Counted from the stretch's first letter, positions 35,951 to 55,834 are shown. The stretch: DNA of 64,000 nucleotides from the human T2T-CHM13v2.0 reference genome, Homo sapiens (GCF_009914755.1 NC_060925.1), one strand, 5' to 3'. Translations and numbers: made by a program. The notes: generated from the letters alone by a model not told the origin.

Positions 35951-36853
35951 GAACATCTAAAATAAAGCCTTCTTATAGGAACAAATAATGTTAATACCCA
36001 CTGACCAAGTCATTAAATCTGAGGAATACCCAGATTACATAACTTTTGACATCAGAGTATAAAAGAAAAGGAGCATTGATAAAACAGTGGAAATTAGGAA
36101 ACACAACTACATTAACAACAGTTACATCCTAAGCAGGAATACAATTTAATGAGTCACCAGTTTAAAATGTGCAAAACTCAGACCTAAAAGGGTAAGGCTT
36201 ATATAATGTTGTCCAATTATTTAAAGTGCTCAGATAATTCCTCCACATGAGGATTAACTCTGCAATTCTAAGCTTCCTACCCAACGTCCCAATCCCATAA
36301 TAGGCAATCACATTATACTAATTATGACTGTCATGATTTATACTCATTGGAATACTGATTATTTCACAAGTCAAGTGTCTAAGCAATTTTGACCTTGAAA
36401 AGGCAAAAAAATAAAATTTAAAAGCCGAGATATTCAATATATAATGTTATATAATGTAAATATTAGGAAACAAGAGCAACAGCTATCTTAAAGGGTTTTT
36501 TTTTTGTAATAGAAAGTACCTAGGAAGAACAGGCCCAGAGTTAGGGGGTACTAAGGTAAAAATAAGACATGGTCCCTGGCCCTCAAGAACCTCATGTACT
36601 AATACGGGAAAAACAAAAAAGTAAATCAGCTATTATAACACAGAGATATGGCCTGAATGTTTTTGGTATCATAGAGCAAGAGTGTCTACTAGGATACACA
36701 AAACGCAGAGAAGCCCTCTTGAAAGAGGACTCTTGGCCTGAGTCTTAAAGGAAACTCAAGAGTTAGCCACTGAATAAAAGCAAGTTAGCATGTAAAATAG
36801 TACAACTGTGATATATATTAATACTATATTCTTTCATTCAAGAAATATGTCTT

Positions 36854-37174
36854 GGCTGGGCATAGTGGCTCATGCTTGTAATCCCAGGACTTTGGAAGGG
36901 CGAGGCAGGGGGATGACTTGAGGTCAGGGGTTCAAGACCAGCCTGCACAACATGGCGAAACCCTGTCTCTACTAAAAATACAAAAAAAAAAAAAAATTAG
37001 CCAGGTGTTGGTGGCACACGCCTGTCATCCAAGCTACCTGGGAGGCTGAGGTGGGAGGATCACTTGAGCCTAGGGAGGTTGAGGCTGCAGTGAGCCATGC
37101 ACTCCAGCCTGGGTACTGCACTCCAGCCTGGGTGACAGAGTGAGACCCTGTCTTAAAAAAACAAAAAAAAAAAA
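36854..37174 (+). mobile_element. Alu (AluJ-type)
   Basis: Alu consensus with duplicated tgcactccagcctggg. Confidence 0.92.
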
Positions 37175-38753
37175 GGGGGAAATACTTCTGGACCACCTAC
37201 TGTATGCCAAGGACAGGCTATATTTACAGGCCCACCTGTACTTTAGTATGGCTACAGCCTCAGGAGCATGTATGAGATTGGGAATGCACCAAATTATGAA
37301 AGCTTTGGATGCTCTGTTAAGGAGTTGGGACCTCACTCTGAAGATGGTAAGAAATCAATAAAAGCTGGTAAGCAAGGAAGCAATAAGATCAGAGTTGTAT
37401 ATACCCTGACTCAGGCTTTCTTATACGTTCCCTCTGAGGAGCTGCCACGAAGGTTCTAGAGGAGAGGAAGGAGCTGATATGTCCCATGTTTCACAGATAC
37501 TGAATGAGACTCTGCTGCTAAGGCCTACCACCTCTCTACCCCCATGTTCTATCATCAGACTTCACTAGTGGAATAAAAAGGTCCAGTACCAGTAGCAGGT
37601 AGGAAACAGAAAAGTAACAGAGAAGAAAGAGAGTTCCCGTGGCCAAGGTGCATAAGGGTCACCTCCAGGGAACTATTCATATTTTAAACAGAACATTATA
37701 CCAACAAAATAATAGAGGATATTAAAACATCTGATAACAAAGTAAATTTTATGTTGTGTTTATTTTATCACAATTTAAAATAATTTTTAAAAGAAAAAAA
37801 CCATCTGAAATTTAGGTGAAACATTTTTCTATTCTGTCATTTAAAATGATAAAGATCAGTTCAGAGTATACTTAATAATAATTCCCCCATTCTTCCTTCA
37901 CATTTAAAGAATTCTTCCAAGTCCGCCCCCTACCACAAAGCTAAATGTGCAAAAATGCAAAAAGCGTGATAATTATTTCATTGGGGGAAAGAAGAGAATC
38001 ATATCCCAAATGGACAACATCCAATAACCAACTATCCTTTAGACTTGCAATGGTGCAAACTGCCACCAAAAAGAACACACATGGATTTGGACACATTCTA
38101 ACAGTACAGCTGTCTGTCCAGGCATGCTGCTGAAAGAACAGTACATTCCTTCTTGTTCCATCTTCCACCCACCTTAAGCCCCATTATGAAACGGAGTTTA
38201 AACAAAACTATCATATTTAAGCCTCTAATATATGTGTGTTTTCAATAAGATCAGCTAGGTAAAAATAGTGGCAGTAAACCCCTCCAACATTGCCCTAAGA
38301 TTAGAGTCTGAAGATTTCTGAAGAGGAAAATAATTTTGGTAATGTATATTTGTCAAAAGTTTCAACTTGAGATTGCAATCTAGGTGCAAAGATAGGGAAA
38401 TAAGTTACTAACTTTCAGAAAACTGATATAGTATGGTAGAGGAGTGAGTATTGAGAATCAGAGTAATGGGATCTGAGTCCTAAATAACTAGCCTATCAGC
38501 AGCTTTGTGACCTTGGGAAAACTGCCCAACCTCGCTGAGCTTCAGTTTTCTCATTTATGAAACATGCTTAATGATGCTTACACTATCTATATCATGGTGC
38601 TGCTGTGAAAAGCAAAGAGCTAAATGTAACCCTAACTCAGCACACTCTAATGCACCCTGTCAATAATCTCAATTTCATGCAACTCTTTTTGAATACCATG
38701 TTTTATATTTCCAGCTCATTCTTTCTAATACACGAATTCATATAATCTTGTGA

Positions 38754-39133
<380 letters not shown>

Positions 39134-39556
39134 TATCTTCAAACTATCTTTTCACTGTTTCTCACCCTGTGAAGTCCTCTCTTCCCTCCTTACCAGCTTA
39201 AGTTCCATGGTCCATCATTATAATCACTTGCTCCTCTCTCACTTGGACATACTCACTTTGCAGAACCACAAGCTGGGTAAATTCAACTATTCTCCTACTC
39301 CTAAAGTGAAGGTGGCTGGAGAAAAAAAAGCACAAAACCAAGCTGACTGGCCTCACTTTTAACTCAGAACCTTTAGCCTCAAATGAGCCCTTAACACTGC
39401 CTGGTGATCATACTGTATTTCTCTAGTCCATTCACTTTCCCACTTTCTAGACAATTATATGCTCTCCTCTCTTTTCAAACTCCTAATAGCTTCCTTTCTT
39501 ACTAAGCCAATGACCTGGCTTAGAAAATTAAAGTAATCAGAGAAGATCTTCCAGCA

Positions 39557-40416
39557 TATTTGACTTTCTGTTTCTGAGCTGTTTCACTTAAGATAATGGC
39601 TTCCAGTTCCATCCACGTTGCCACAAAAAGACATGATTTCATTCATTTTTATAGCTGAATAGTATTCCATTGTATACAGATATCACATTTTCTTTATCCA
39701 TTTATCCTTTAATAGACACTCATAAACCTTTTAATCTTAATTGCTAGCTTTATGGTTGTGTTTATTATTATTTTGATTTGAATTAACATTTTGCATATTT
39801 AAATTTATTTAGGAGAGTTAAGTATGCAGTGTTAGTGGAAACTTTTTTGGTTAACAGCTTATAGAATCTTATTAATTTTAACAAGAAGGACCAGTTTGGC
39901 TTTGTAGGATATCTGATTTATGGAATATTTTAGGATACTAGGAATATTTTAGGATATCAGCATTTTTTTTGAGGTACAGAAAACTGGAAGTGGATTGTCA
40001 TAGTATTGCTGGTAAGAATCACTGGGGCTCTTGATTTAACAAATAGCTAAGTTTTTTGTTTTTGTTTTTGAGACAGTGTCTCACTCTGTCACCCAGGCCA
40101 GAGTGCAGTGGCAAGATCACGGCTCACTGCAGCCTCGATCTCCTGGGCTCAAATGATCTCCTACTCAGCCTCCCAAATAGAGAACTGCATGTTCTCACAA
40201 GTGGAAGCTAAATAATGTGTACACATGGACACAGAGTGTAGAATAGGACACTGGAGACTCAGTGGGTGGGGCGGGAGGTGAGGGATGAGAAATTACTTAA
40301 TGCGTACAACTTACATTATTCAGGTGATGGTTCCACTAAAAGCTCAGACTTCACCACGACATAACAAAACTGTACTTGTACCACTTAAATTTATAACAAC
40401 AACAACAACAACAAAA
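39557..40416. mobile_element. L1 3' end split in opposite orientations (39557-39720 minus; 40184-40416 plus) with partial Alu (40051-40179 minus)
   Basis: The two L1 pieces are adjacent in the L1 consensus (...cagaaagtcaaata | ctgcatgttctcac...). Confidence 0.82.
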
Positions 40417-40810
40417 ACATTAGAAAGTTTAGATAAATATGTATCCCTAGAAAGTACAGGTTGATTTTCACTTAAAGGAAGACAATCACAAGGCTGTTAA
40501 CCTTCTCAACAAAAAGAGTGCATCTTTCTATGTATGCAGAAAGCACTCAATTCAGGTCAATTAATCACAAAGCAACAATCTAACAAAAAAAGATAATTCC
40601 TGTTTTTGTTCATGTACAACTGAAATGATTAAAAAAAAATTATAATACAAACGTAAGTTAAAATGTTGTAGAGCACTAAACCAGAAGCCAGAAGACCAAA
40701 GTTCTGGTCTTTTCTCTGCCATAACTAGATACGGGAATTTTACTGTGTTTCCATTTCTTCATCTGTAAAATTAAGGAGCAGGGGAAAAGATCACTCTAAA
40801 ATTATTTCAG

Positions 40811-42611
40811 AGTTTTCTGAGCTTCTTCCTGATGAGCAAGGAGACTTGTGGTCTGGTTCTTGGACTTTCCTAGCAGCATGGCCCCTAAATGCTAGTCTCC
40901 ACGCCCACCTCAAAAGAAGAAACCAAGACCACCTCCTGTTCTGAGACTGGAAGAGACATCATCAGCCTCTCTAGACTTGCCGAAGAGAGAAAAAGAACAG
41001 CAGGAAGCAACTGAACATATTGATGAAGTACAAAATGAAATAGACAGGCTTAATGAACTAAGGGAGGAGATTCTGAAAGCAGAACAGAAAATAAACTCTG
41101 TCAGCCACTTTTTCAGAAGAGGTGAGAATTGATCGCCAAAGTTCCAAGTTTTGGGGTTACAACGTTTGTCAACCATCCTCAAGTGTCTGCACTGCTTAGG
41201 GAGGAGGACAAAGACGCACTGCATTATCTGACCAAAGTTGAAGTGACAGAATTTGAAGATACTAAGTCAGGTTACAGAATAGACTTTTATTTTGATGAAA
41301 ATCCTTCCTTTAAAAATAAAGTTATCTTCAACGAATTTCATTTGAATGAGAGTGGTATTCCATCTTCAAAGTCCACTGAAATCAAATGGAAAGCTGGAAA
41401 GGATGCGATGAAACATTCAAGTCAAACACAGAATAAAGCCAGCAGGAAGAGGCAGCATGAGGCACCAGAGAGCTTCTTTATCTGGTTTACTGACCATTCT
41501 GATGCAGGTGCTCATATGTTAGGAAAGTTCATCAAAGATGACATTTGTCCCATCCCATTACAGTACTACTTGGTTACCGACTGATATGGATGAAGAAGAA
41601 GGAGAAGATGAGGAGGAGGAGGAGGAGGAAGAGGAAGGATTAGAAGATATTGATGAAGAAGGGGATGAGGAAGAAGATGATGATGATGATAAAGGGAAGG
41701 AAGGACAGTAGGGTGAAGGAGAAGATGACTAATAGAACACTGATGGATTCAACCTTCCTTTTTAAAATTTTCTCCAGTCCCTGGGAGTAAGTTGCAGTCT
41801 TTTTTTTCCCCCTCTTGTGGCTCACTTGCCCTGTTCTTGAGGTCTCTTTTCTATACACCATGATTCTCAACTTATTTGGGAGGTAAATACCTTGAGCAGA
41901 GTATTATGGTAAAAGAGTCTCTACCCCTTTCTGTTCCAAATTCATTTTTATCCCTTCCTGTCTGAACAAAAACTGTATGGAATCACCACCACCTAGCTCC
42001 GTCGGAAAAAAAGAAAAACCTGCTCCCTTCACTCTGCTGGAAGCTGGAGGGTGCTAGGCCCCTGTGTAGTAGTACACAGAATTCTAGCTTCTTTTCTCCT
42101 TTCTCTGTATACTGGACTCAGACAGTACACTGTGTCTCTACGTGAATATGGACAGTTAGCATTTACCAATATGCATCTGTCTACTTTCTCTTGTTTAAAA
42201 AGGGGGAAAGAAAACTTTAAAAAATGGGGTTAGAGAAGGTCAGCAAAGGGTGGATTTGAGATGTTTGGATGGGTTAAGCGGGCATTTTGACAACATGGCT
42301 TCTCTTTTGGCATGTTAAATTGAGGTGTCTGACAGACATCCTTGCAGTTTAAGGTAATGCTTTTAAAATAAATTCTCTCCTAATGATGACTTGAGCCCTG
42401 CCACTCAATGGGAGAATCAGCAAAACCTGTAGTATCTTATGTGGAATTGACATTCTCTATTGTAATTTTCACCCTGTTTTTTTTAAAAAAAATTTTTTTG
42501 TTTCACTGGAAAGGAAAGATGATGCTCAGTTTTAAAAGTTAAAAGTGTACAAGTTGCTTTGTATAAGTCACTTTGTTATAATAAAACTAAATGTGTCCAC
42601 AAAGGAAAAAA
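40811..42611 (+). pseudogene. SETP10: SET (TAF-I alpha isoform) processed pseudogene; probably the annotated SETP10 (symbol from memory)
   Basis: Intronless copy: ATG 40878 MAPKC* (parent [20 protein letters not shown]), then [50 protein letters not shown], acidic tail ending at TAA 41730-41732. Stops and frameshifts present; 3' UTR with AATAAA 42580-42585; TSD aaaa(c)ttatttcag at 40798-40810 and 42608-42621; inserted into a MIR. Confidence 0.95.
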
Positions 42612-43001
42612 CTTATTTCAGCTCAAACATCTTATGATTCCATGACCCAAAGTGTGGTATGCCATATTACATTTTCTTATTTTAAACAGAAATTAAAAGT
42701 ATGTAAGTTTTGAGTTAAAAGTAGCATTATATTGTTTTTGACTAAAAAGAGGTAGCTGTACATAAAGATTATAGCAATAATAAAAACCCATGAAGATATA
42801 TAATGAGAATTTATTAATAAGAATATACAATGCTTTCCCTGGATAAAGTTACTCCTGTAATACTATTTTTTTAATTTAAAAAATTACCTTCTAAACCATT
42901 AACTTGAAATACTTAATAGCTACTTTTATAAGTCCTATTTTAGGAAGCCTAGACAAGCAAACCAAATTAATAGAAATTGAGAGTAGAGAAAATTAGCAAT
43001 G

Positions 43002-43323
<322 letters not shown>

Positions 43324-43407
43324 TTAATGAGTAATGTATACTAGCCTTGGAATTTATTTCACAATTCTTTTTGAGCGTGTGTGTTTGGGTTTATCAGCCA
43401 TTTCAAC

Positions 43408-44070
<663 letters not shown>

Positions 44071-45251
44071 CATTACCATTTATAGTGTACTTTTCAGTGT
44101 CCACCTTGGTTTTCCATTTTCTACATCTTTACCATGTCTAGTCTCTTTGTCTCTCTTATATGTGATTTCATTTTTGACTCAAGGGCCTTCATTCACCCAG
44201 TTAGTTATTAGGAGTTCTGAGATCCTCAGATTTCAGATTTCCCACATTCCACTCCTTTCTGCAATACCAGATGCAGCAGGTTTGCCAGTAAATTCAAACA
44301 TATTATTCTGTCAGTTTAAATTTTCCAAGTTGACATTTTTATATTCCATTTATTTTCATCACTAGCAACTTGGTTGCTTAAAGTCTAAGGATTTTGCCTT
44401 TTAAATACTTTCTAGCACTTTGATATACATTGGAGAAACCAAAGAAGTTTCAAATTCAAAATGTCATCTAGTCAAAATGGGGAGGAAAAAATAGTACCCA
44501 ATATTTAATTTGTCAAAACTGTGCAACACAGCCTTTTTTGGAAGGCCTAAGAAAAAAAATTATTGTATGCTATAATATAACTATAAAAGGTATTGGAGTT
44601 TCTTTGGGGAATTTTACCATATTTCTTGAAATAAGGGATCTGTACAAATTTGAATCCCTCCAGAGTTTAACTGTAATTCCTAAAGTTATCATTTACAAAT
44701 ATAAATGTTCATTATGAATTCATTTTTACTTCTTACCTCCATTCCTCAAGGGGTAAAAGTCAAATCTAGGGAAGAAATAATACTAACTAAATTTGATAAA
44801 GCTCACTGTATCTAGTACAGTGTTGTATACTCTATGGCTATTTCAGACTCATAACTAATCTCTCTGCTTTTACCCTTGTCCCCAAGAGTTTATTGTCCAC
44901 AAATCAGCTAGACTGAACCCTATAAACTCTCCAAAAGATTCCCATCCCACTCAGAATAAAATCCTACTTCCTTATGATATACAAATCCTACATAACCAGT
45001 CATCAGCAATCCCCATCACTACTCCCACACAATTCTTTTACTTTCTTTTTCCTCTTATATATTATCCCCTACCATTCTCCTTCAGCCTTCTTCTCCAGCC
45101 AGTCTAGCCTCTTCTGCCATTCTGGAAGGATATACACCTCTACTGTAAATACAGTCTCCAGACTTTTGCCCTTGATGGTCCTCTTCCTGAAATGTTTTTA
45201 TCTCAAAAGCCAAAAGTTTGACTCTTTCAGTAATTCTCTGCTCAAACGTTA

Positions 45252-45611
<360 letters not shown>

Positions 45612-46160
45612 CTAGTATCACTCTCTCCCTTTACCCAGCACTATCTTCCTTCCTACCACTAATCACCACATTGTATAGTAAATAAATATTTAGTTAGCAC
45701 CTGTCTCCACGCACTATAGTGTAATTTCCAAGAAGGCTGTGATTTGTTCAGTGCTGTATTTCCAGTGCCAAGAAACTACCTGGTAGGTGCTCAGTAACTG
45801 TTGAGTAGATGAAAATCTAAAATGTCTGACTCTAGAATCCATGTTATCAACTTTAATTATTCATACACACCAAAGAAGTCCTTTAAATAATAAATGTTAA
45901 AAGTATATTTAAACTGAGACTATTGATTGCCTCTAGAGAAGAGGCTAAAGGGAGAGAAATATAGGGAGATTAAATGTATACCCCTTAAATCTTGAACTAT
46001 ATTAACGAGTTAATTTTTCAAAATTAAACAAAATGTAACATGTTAATTTAACAGGTTATAACAATGACTGAATTACATTAACTTTCCAGTTTAATTCTGC
46101 ATTCTCATGATGTGGAACACTAATGGCCAAAACATGACAATCTTCATGTTGTTCTCGGGT

Positions 46161-46487
<327 letters not shown>

Positions 46488-46637
46488 TAATAAGACTCTC
46501 CAGGAATTTCTCAGAGCACAAGTTAAATGTTACTTTCTTAAATGTTCCCTACTCTTGTATCATATTACATCTTAATTAGCAATCGTCTTGTCACTAGGAA
46601 GTCGTTATGTACATTCATTTATTCATTCATAAAGGGT

Positions 46638-47883
<1,246 letters not shown>

Positions 47884-48451
47884 TAATGTTTCATTGTTAT
47901 AAGAAATTCTGTCACCAAAGTTGCCATAACAAAACAATATTCCAGGATATGGTCCATTATATCCAGAATTTAAGGTCCTAGGCCTGGTAATGGAGTTGAG
48001 AGGAAAAAGCGTTTAATAGGAAAAAGTAGAGGCAGCGATCCAGCCACTTCCCACTTCCCCTTCTAACCACAGCTAGTCCCTATTTAGATAGGAAGCCACT
48101 CCCAGTTCTCTTGAAAACAGCGGTCCTCTCAATTGCCAAGAAGGCCACAGGAAGAACGTCACTTTCAGAAAAGAAAACCCAGAATGATGACAGTAATGAA
48201 ATCCTTCATGGACCAATACTAGACTAATGGTCTTCCCAGTACTTTATATTCTTACTACATCACAAAGGGTAAGGATTATAAACCCAAAGTTAGAAAGAAT
48301 AAGCACTGATTTCTGCCAGCTATAAGGTAATAGATGATTGCACTTAATTTTCAAAATCAAATAAGGCTGTATACTTTTCCAATTCTTCTATATTAAATTA
48401 TTAGATGTTGTATGATAGTATGAGAACCTTAATCTTTCTGTATGAAATCCC

Positions 48452-48762
<311 letters not shown>

Positions 48763-50435
48763 TCTGAAATTACTTCATATATACATATTCTGCTATCATT
48801 TAAATAATCAACACTCTGTAAAGGTTTTTAAAAATCACTAAAGAGTTTTCAAAAAAATTAATAAGAAACAGTCTGTGTCATGTTAAATGACAGATGGAAC
48901 AATTACTCAATTGAAATGAGACAGAAAATCTGACAATCAATTGGAAACTGTCATATAAAAATTAAGGTTGGACCTAAGCAAAAGCATTACAAATGGTTTT
49001 TCCTTTGCTTTTATATTCTCTTTAAGAAAAATACATTTAATTGCAAACAAAGTATAAAGCAGAAGAGTAACTTATACTTGGTGACATTTTACCATTCCCC
49101 TACAGTCAAAATATAACAAAATATTTGAACCAATCATATTTCACTCCTTGGTTAGTCACGTATATAGCAGGGACTCTATACTCAGTAGTTACAGATTTAG
49201 TTACGAAAAACAATCCACAGGAATACCTTGGCTCTCACTCTACCAAAGGTAGATATGGCTGGCATCTTGAGCATGCTAGTCAATCTATCCAAATGCACAA
49301 CTACTCATATCCCACCACTCTCTAGCTGTTTCCTATTTCATTTCATTAGGGAGACAGAGACAAACCAAAAAATATGATAAGAGAATGTCAAATGTGGAAT
49401 GTCAAACCCTTCCACCAACACTGTTATCTCCATAACATCCTATAAAATTATCACTCAAGCTCGAATTACAACAAACTCTCAATAAATCCTAGACCACTTT
49501 TATTCTCACTGGACAAATAAATATCCTTGTTCTTGTCCCACACTGCCTGAATTTCCATTTTCCAAGTCATGTTATCATAATGGCACACCAATTCACCCAT
49601 TTGTTGTACCTGTAAGTACCAGAAAAATCAAGTAAATTAACTCAAGCAGGTTGAGTTAAATCTGACAATTGACTTAACCTTTAATTACTTATGTGCCAGA
49701 CATAAAAGAATGAAACACATGGCATGCAGAAAAACTGTACAATCACATCACATAGAAAAAATTTTAAAACTAGGTTAAGTAAATTAATAAATTTTGGTTA
49801 ATCAAAGTATGTTCTGAAACATTAAGTCTGATAACTTCTTCCTAATAAATACAAGAGTCTGAATTATTTTCTTAAAATTTTGCTATTTCAAGTACAGAAC
49901 TTTTCACGTATTTTTCTTTAAAGCATTAAGTCACACTGTATTATGTCTATTTGAATTACTACTTAAATTACTAGAAAGAAATCAAGATAACATTAAACTC
50001 TTAAAATATCTTTGGTAACAGAATGAATTATCTTCTGCGTTGTTGTCTATATCAAAGGTCATATCATATTTCATACTTTTCTAAGGTAAACATTTAAACA
50101 GCATACATGGTATGATGGAGAAAATTATACAAACTCACACCAAATATCAGCCTTTCTGAATTTCCAAAAAAGGGCACAACTTGCAAAAAAAAATGAGAAC
50201 CATAATTTTCATGTATCAAGAAAAAAAATATAATAATCTGTTTTTCTAAAGTGCCCAAAGAAGTCAATTTGTGGCAACACTACCAGAAAAAGTGGCCAAT
50301 GAAATCACACAAAATTTCTAAACTTTAAAAATGTACTAGGCTCTTTCTAAAGGTGAATATTATTGTCAAATCAGTAACTCAAACCAGCCCTAAATGTCTG
50401 CTTTTTTTTTTTTCAGGTAAGCAAGTGGGATTTAA

Positions 50436-51006
<571 letters not shown>

Positions 51007-51894
51007 AAATTTTTAAGTGATAGCAACAACTGGATTTTCTTCCTAAGTACTGGAGTATCCCCTAGTGGACTGGTGAGGAACAGTTTTTTGACTTACTAAT
51101 CAAACTCTGTCATAATAAATTCACTTTTTTATAATCTCACCTAAATATCTTTTTTCCCATGGTCAAAACAGAGTTAACATTAGTTTTCATAAATTTCATA
51201 ATTTTGACTACAGTGAAGGTCCTACAAGGTAGAAACACATTTTTTTTGACAAATACCATTTCCAGTGTTTCAAATACAATAACCTCTTTCAAGAATCTTG
51301 TTACATGAGCACGAATTTAGTAAGTGAAAAATCAATCATCCTTAATAGTTTCCTAACGGGCAAAGGAAGTTTTTATGGAAATTAAACTACTTCACTGAAC
51401 TAAATGTCAACAATCAAATCATGAACATTAAGTAGAGTGCTTCCTAAAGAGCCAGGGGTTATCAAAGATAAATTTGAGAAACTACTGATGGAGGCTTGAA
51501 AATGATTTTTTTACATATCATATAATTTCTGCTAACATGGAATAAGGATTTCTAAAAAACAATTTTTAAGGTATCAACACACTATTTACACACATATTAA
51601 AACTCTACACACAAAACACTTCATATTTCTGCAAATAATTAAAATCCACTGAAGAATACAAGGACTCCAGCTAGCAGTATGACTGGAACCTTGTGAGAGA
51701 CCCTGAGCTAGAACCACCCAGCTAAGCCACTCTCAGATTTCTGACACTCAGAATAAATGTTGTTTGTTTTAAGCTGCTAAATTTGGGAATAACTGGTTAC
51801 TCAGGAACAAATATGTTGCGTTTAATATGCTTAAAGAAAAAAAGAGGGTAATGATAGTAAGAAGAAAATGGCACTATAAAACAAAGACCAACAA

Positions 51895-53050
<1,156 letters not shown>

Positions 53051-53125
53051 AAGAGCAATGGCTCACGCTTGTAATCCTAGCACTTTGGCAGGCCGAGGTG
53101 GACGGATCACTTGAGGCCAGGAGTT

Positions 53126-53582
53126 CCTCCCCAAATCCAAGTTCCTAGATGCCAGCCAAGGGCCAACCTTGCAAGCAGACCTCGCTAAGCATATCAGTCT
53201 CAATCAGGCCTGCTATGTTAATTCTTTCTGCACAACTGAGATGTTCTCTTTGGAAATAACATGGTTTTTTGTCTTGTTTTTGGAGTTCTGTGTTTTTCTA
53301 TTCAAAATGCACCCCCATTTCCTGTCACTTTAACTAAAATTACCTTATTGAAATTTGTATCTTTTTTGTAACTTATCAGCTACTTATGCCCAAGTTTTAA
53401 AACATTTACAAGCCACAAATATGGTGGATACACTATGGGATGATTAAATTATTTGTCTGTACTTAAGTAGAATACCTATGAGAAAAATCCCTTTAAGATT
53501 TAAAGATGGTAATCCAAGGTGATTCCTTCTCCAAGGGGGACATCCAGTGACCCTCTCAGGAAGTAGCAACTTGGAATAGAAT
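53126..53582 (+). repeat. Local duplicate of 58137-58593 (MER68 end, unique DNA and 5' half of the SNORA67 copy)
   Basis: About 14 differences in 457 bp by manual alignment. Confidence 0.96.
53512..53582 (+). pseudogene. SNORA67: Truncated SNORA67 copy (5' hairpin and H box only)
   Basis: atccaaggtgattcc...gtagcaacttggaATAGAAt; no 3' hairpin or ACA box. Confidence 0.85.
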
Positions 53583-54538
53583 AGTCCAGGAGTTCCAGGA
53601 CCAGCCTGGCCAATATGGCGAAACCCCATCTATACTAGAAATACAAAAACTAGCCGGGTGTGGTGGCAGGTGCCTGTAATCCCAGCTACTCGGGAGGCTG
53701 AGGCAGGAGAATCGCTTGAACCCAGGAGGTAGAGGTTGCAGTGAGCCAAGATCAGCACCACTGCACTCCAGCCTGGGCAACAAGAGTGAAACTCAGTCTT
53801 AAAAAACAAACAAACAAAAAAAAAACAAAAAAAAAAACCCCACTGACCTGTACATTTTCAAATGGTTAAAATGGTAAATTTTATGTTACATGTATTTTAC
53901 CACAATTTTTTTATAAGACCAGATTTTAAAGAGAATCAAACAGAACCTGCAGAAATAAAAGACATAATAATTGAAATTAGTTCAATGGATGAATCAAATA
54001 GCAGATTAGCTCAGCTAAAGATGACTGTGAATACACAAAATGTAGCATGGTGATACAAAAATTGAATATATCAAACAGAAGTTATGCAACATGAGGACAG
54101 AATAGAATGTCCAACATATCTAAATACCATTCAAGAGGGAAAGAAAAGAAAAATGAGAACGAGGCAATATTTGAAGATATAATTGCTGAGACTTTTCCAA
54201 AAACTGCTGTAGTTTCTGGAAGCACAAAAAATTGCTAGTAGGATAATAAGAAATCTATACCTAGTCACTTTCCAGTGAAAATGCAAGACACTAAAGACAA
54301 AAAAAAAAATTTAACCACCAGATAGAAATGACAGATTGTCTACAGAAAGGACAATTATACTGACAGTTTCTCAATAGCAACAATGGCACCCAAGGGATAA
54401 TAAAAAATATATATTGAAAAAGCTAAAGAGCAAATCAAATACTCTTCAAGGCTGTACAACTAAACCTGCTATGACTTTGAGGGCCCTTTTACCCCCACCA
54501 AAAGACTATAAACTCAATTCACCAATACATTATAGTTA

Positions 54539-55808
<1,270 letters not shown>

Positions 55809-55834
55809 CTATCTTTTCAAACATGAAAACATGA

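Larger units (their letters stand above)
53057..53837 (+). mobile_element. Alu split by a 457-bp insertion
   Basis: Left piece ends ...gaggccaggagttc (53126); resumes ccaggagttccaggaccagcc (53586). Confidence 0.92.

Noticed and set aside
41129-41584. 151-aa SET/NAP-domain ORF as a functional retrogene
   Set aside because: It begins at TTG; the true ATG is followed by a stop at codon 6; frameshifts flank the segment and conserved Trp residues are lost.
53512-53582. Independent second SNORA67 retrotransposition
   Set aside because: It carries about 385 bp of the other copy's upstream genomic flank, including that copy's TSD, and has no polyA, so it is a segmental copy.
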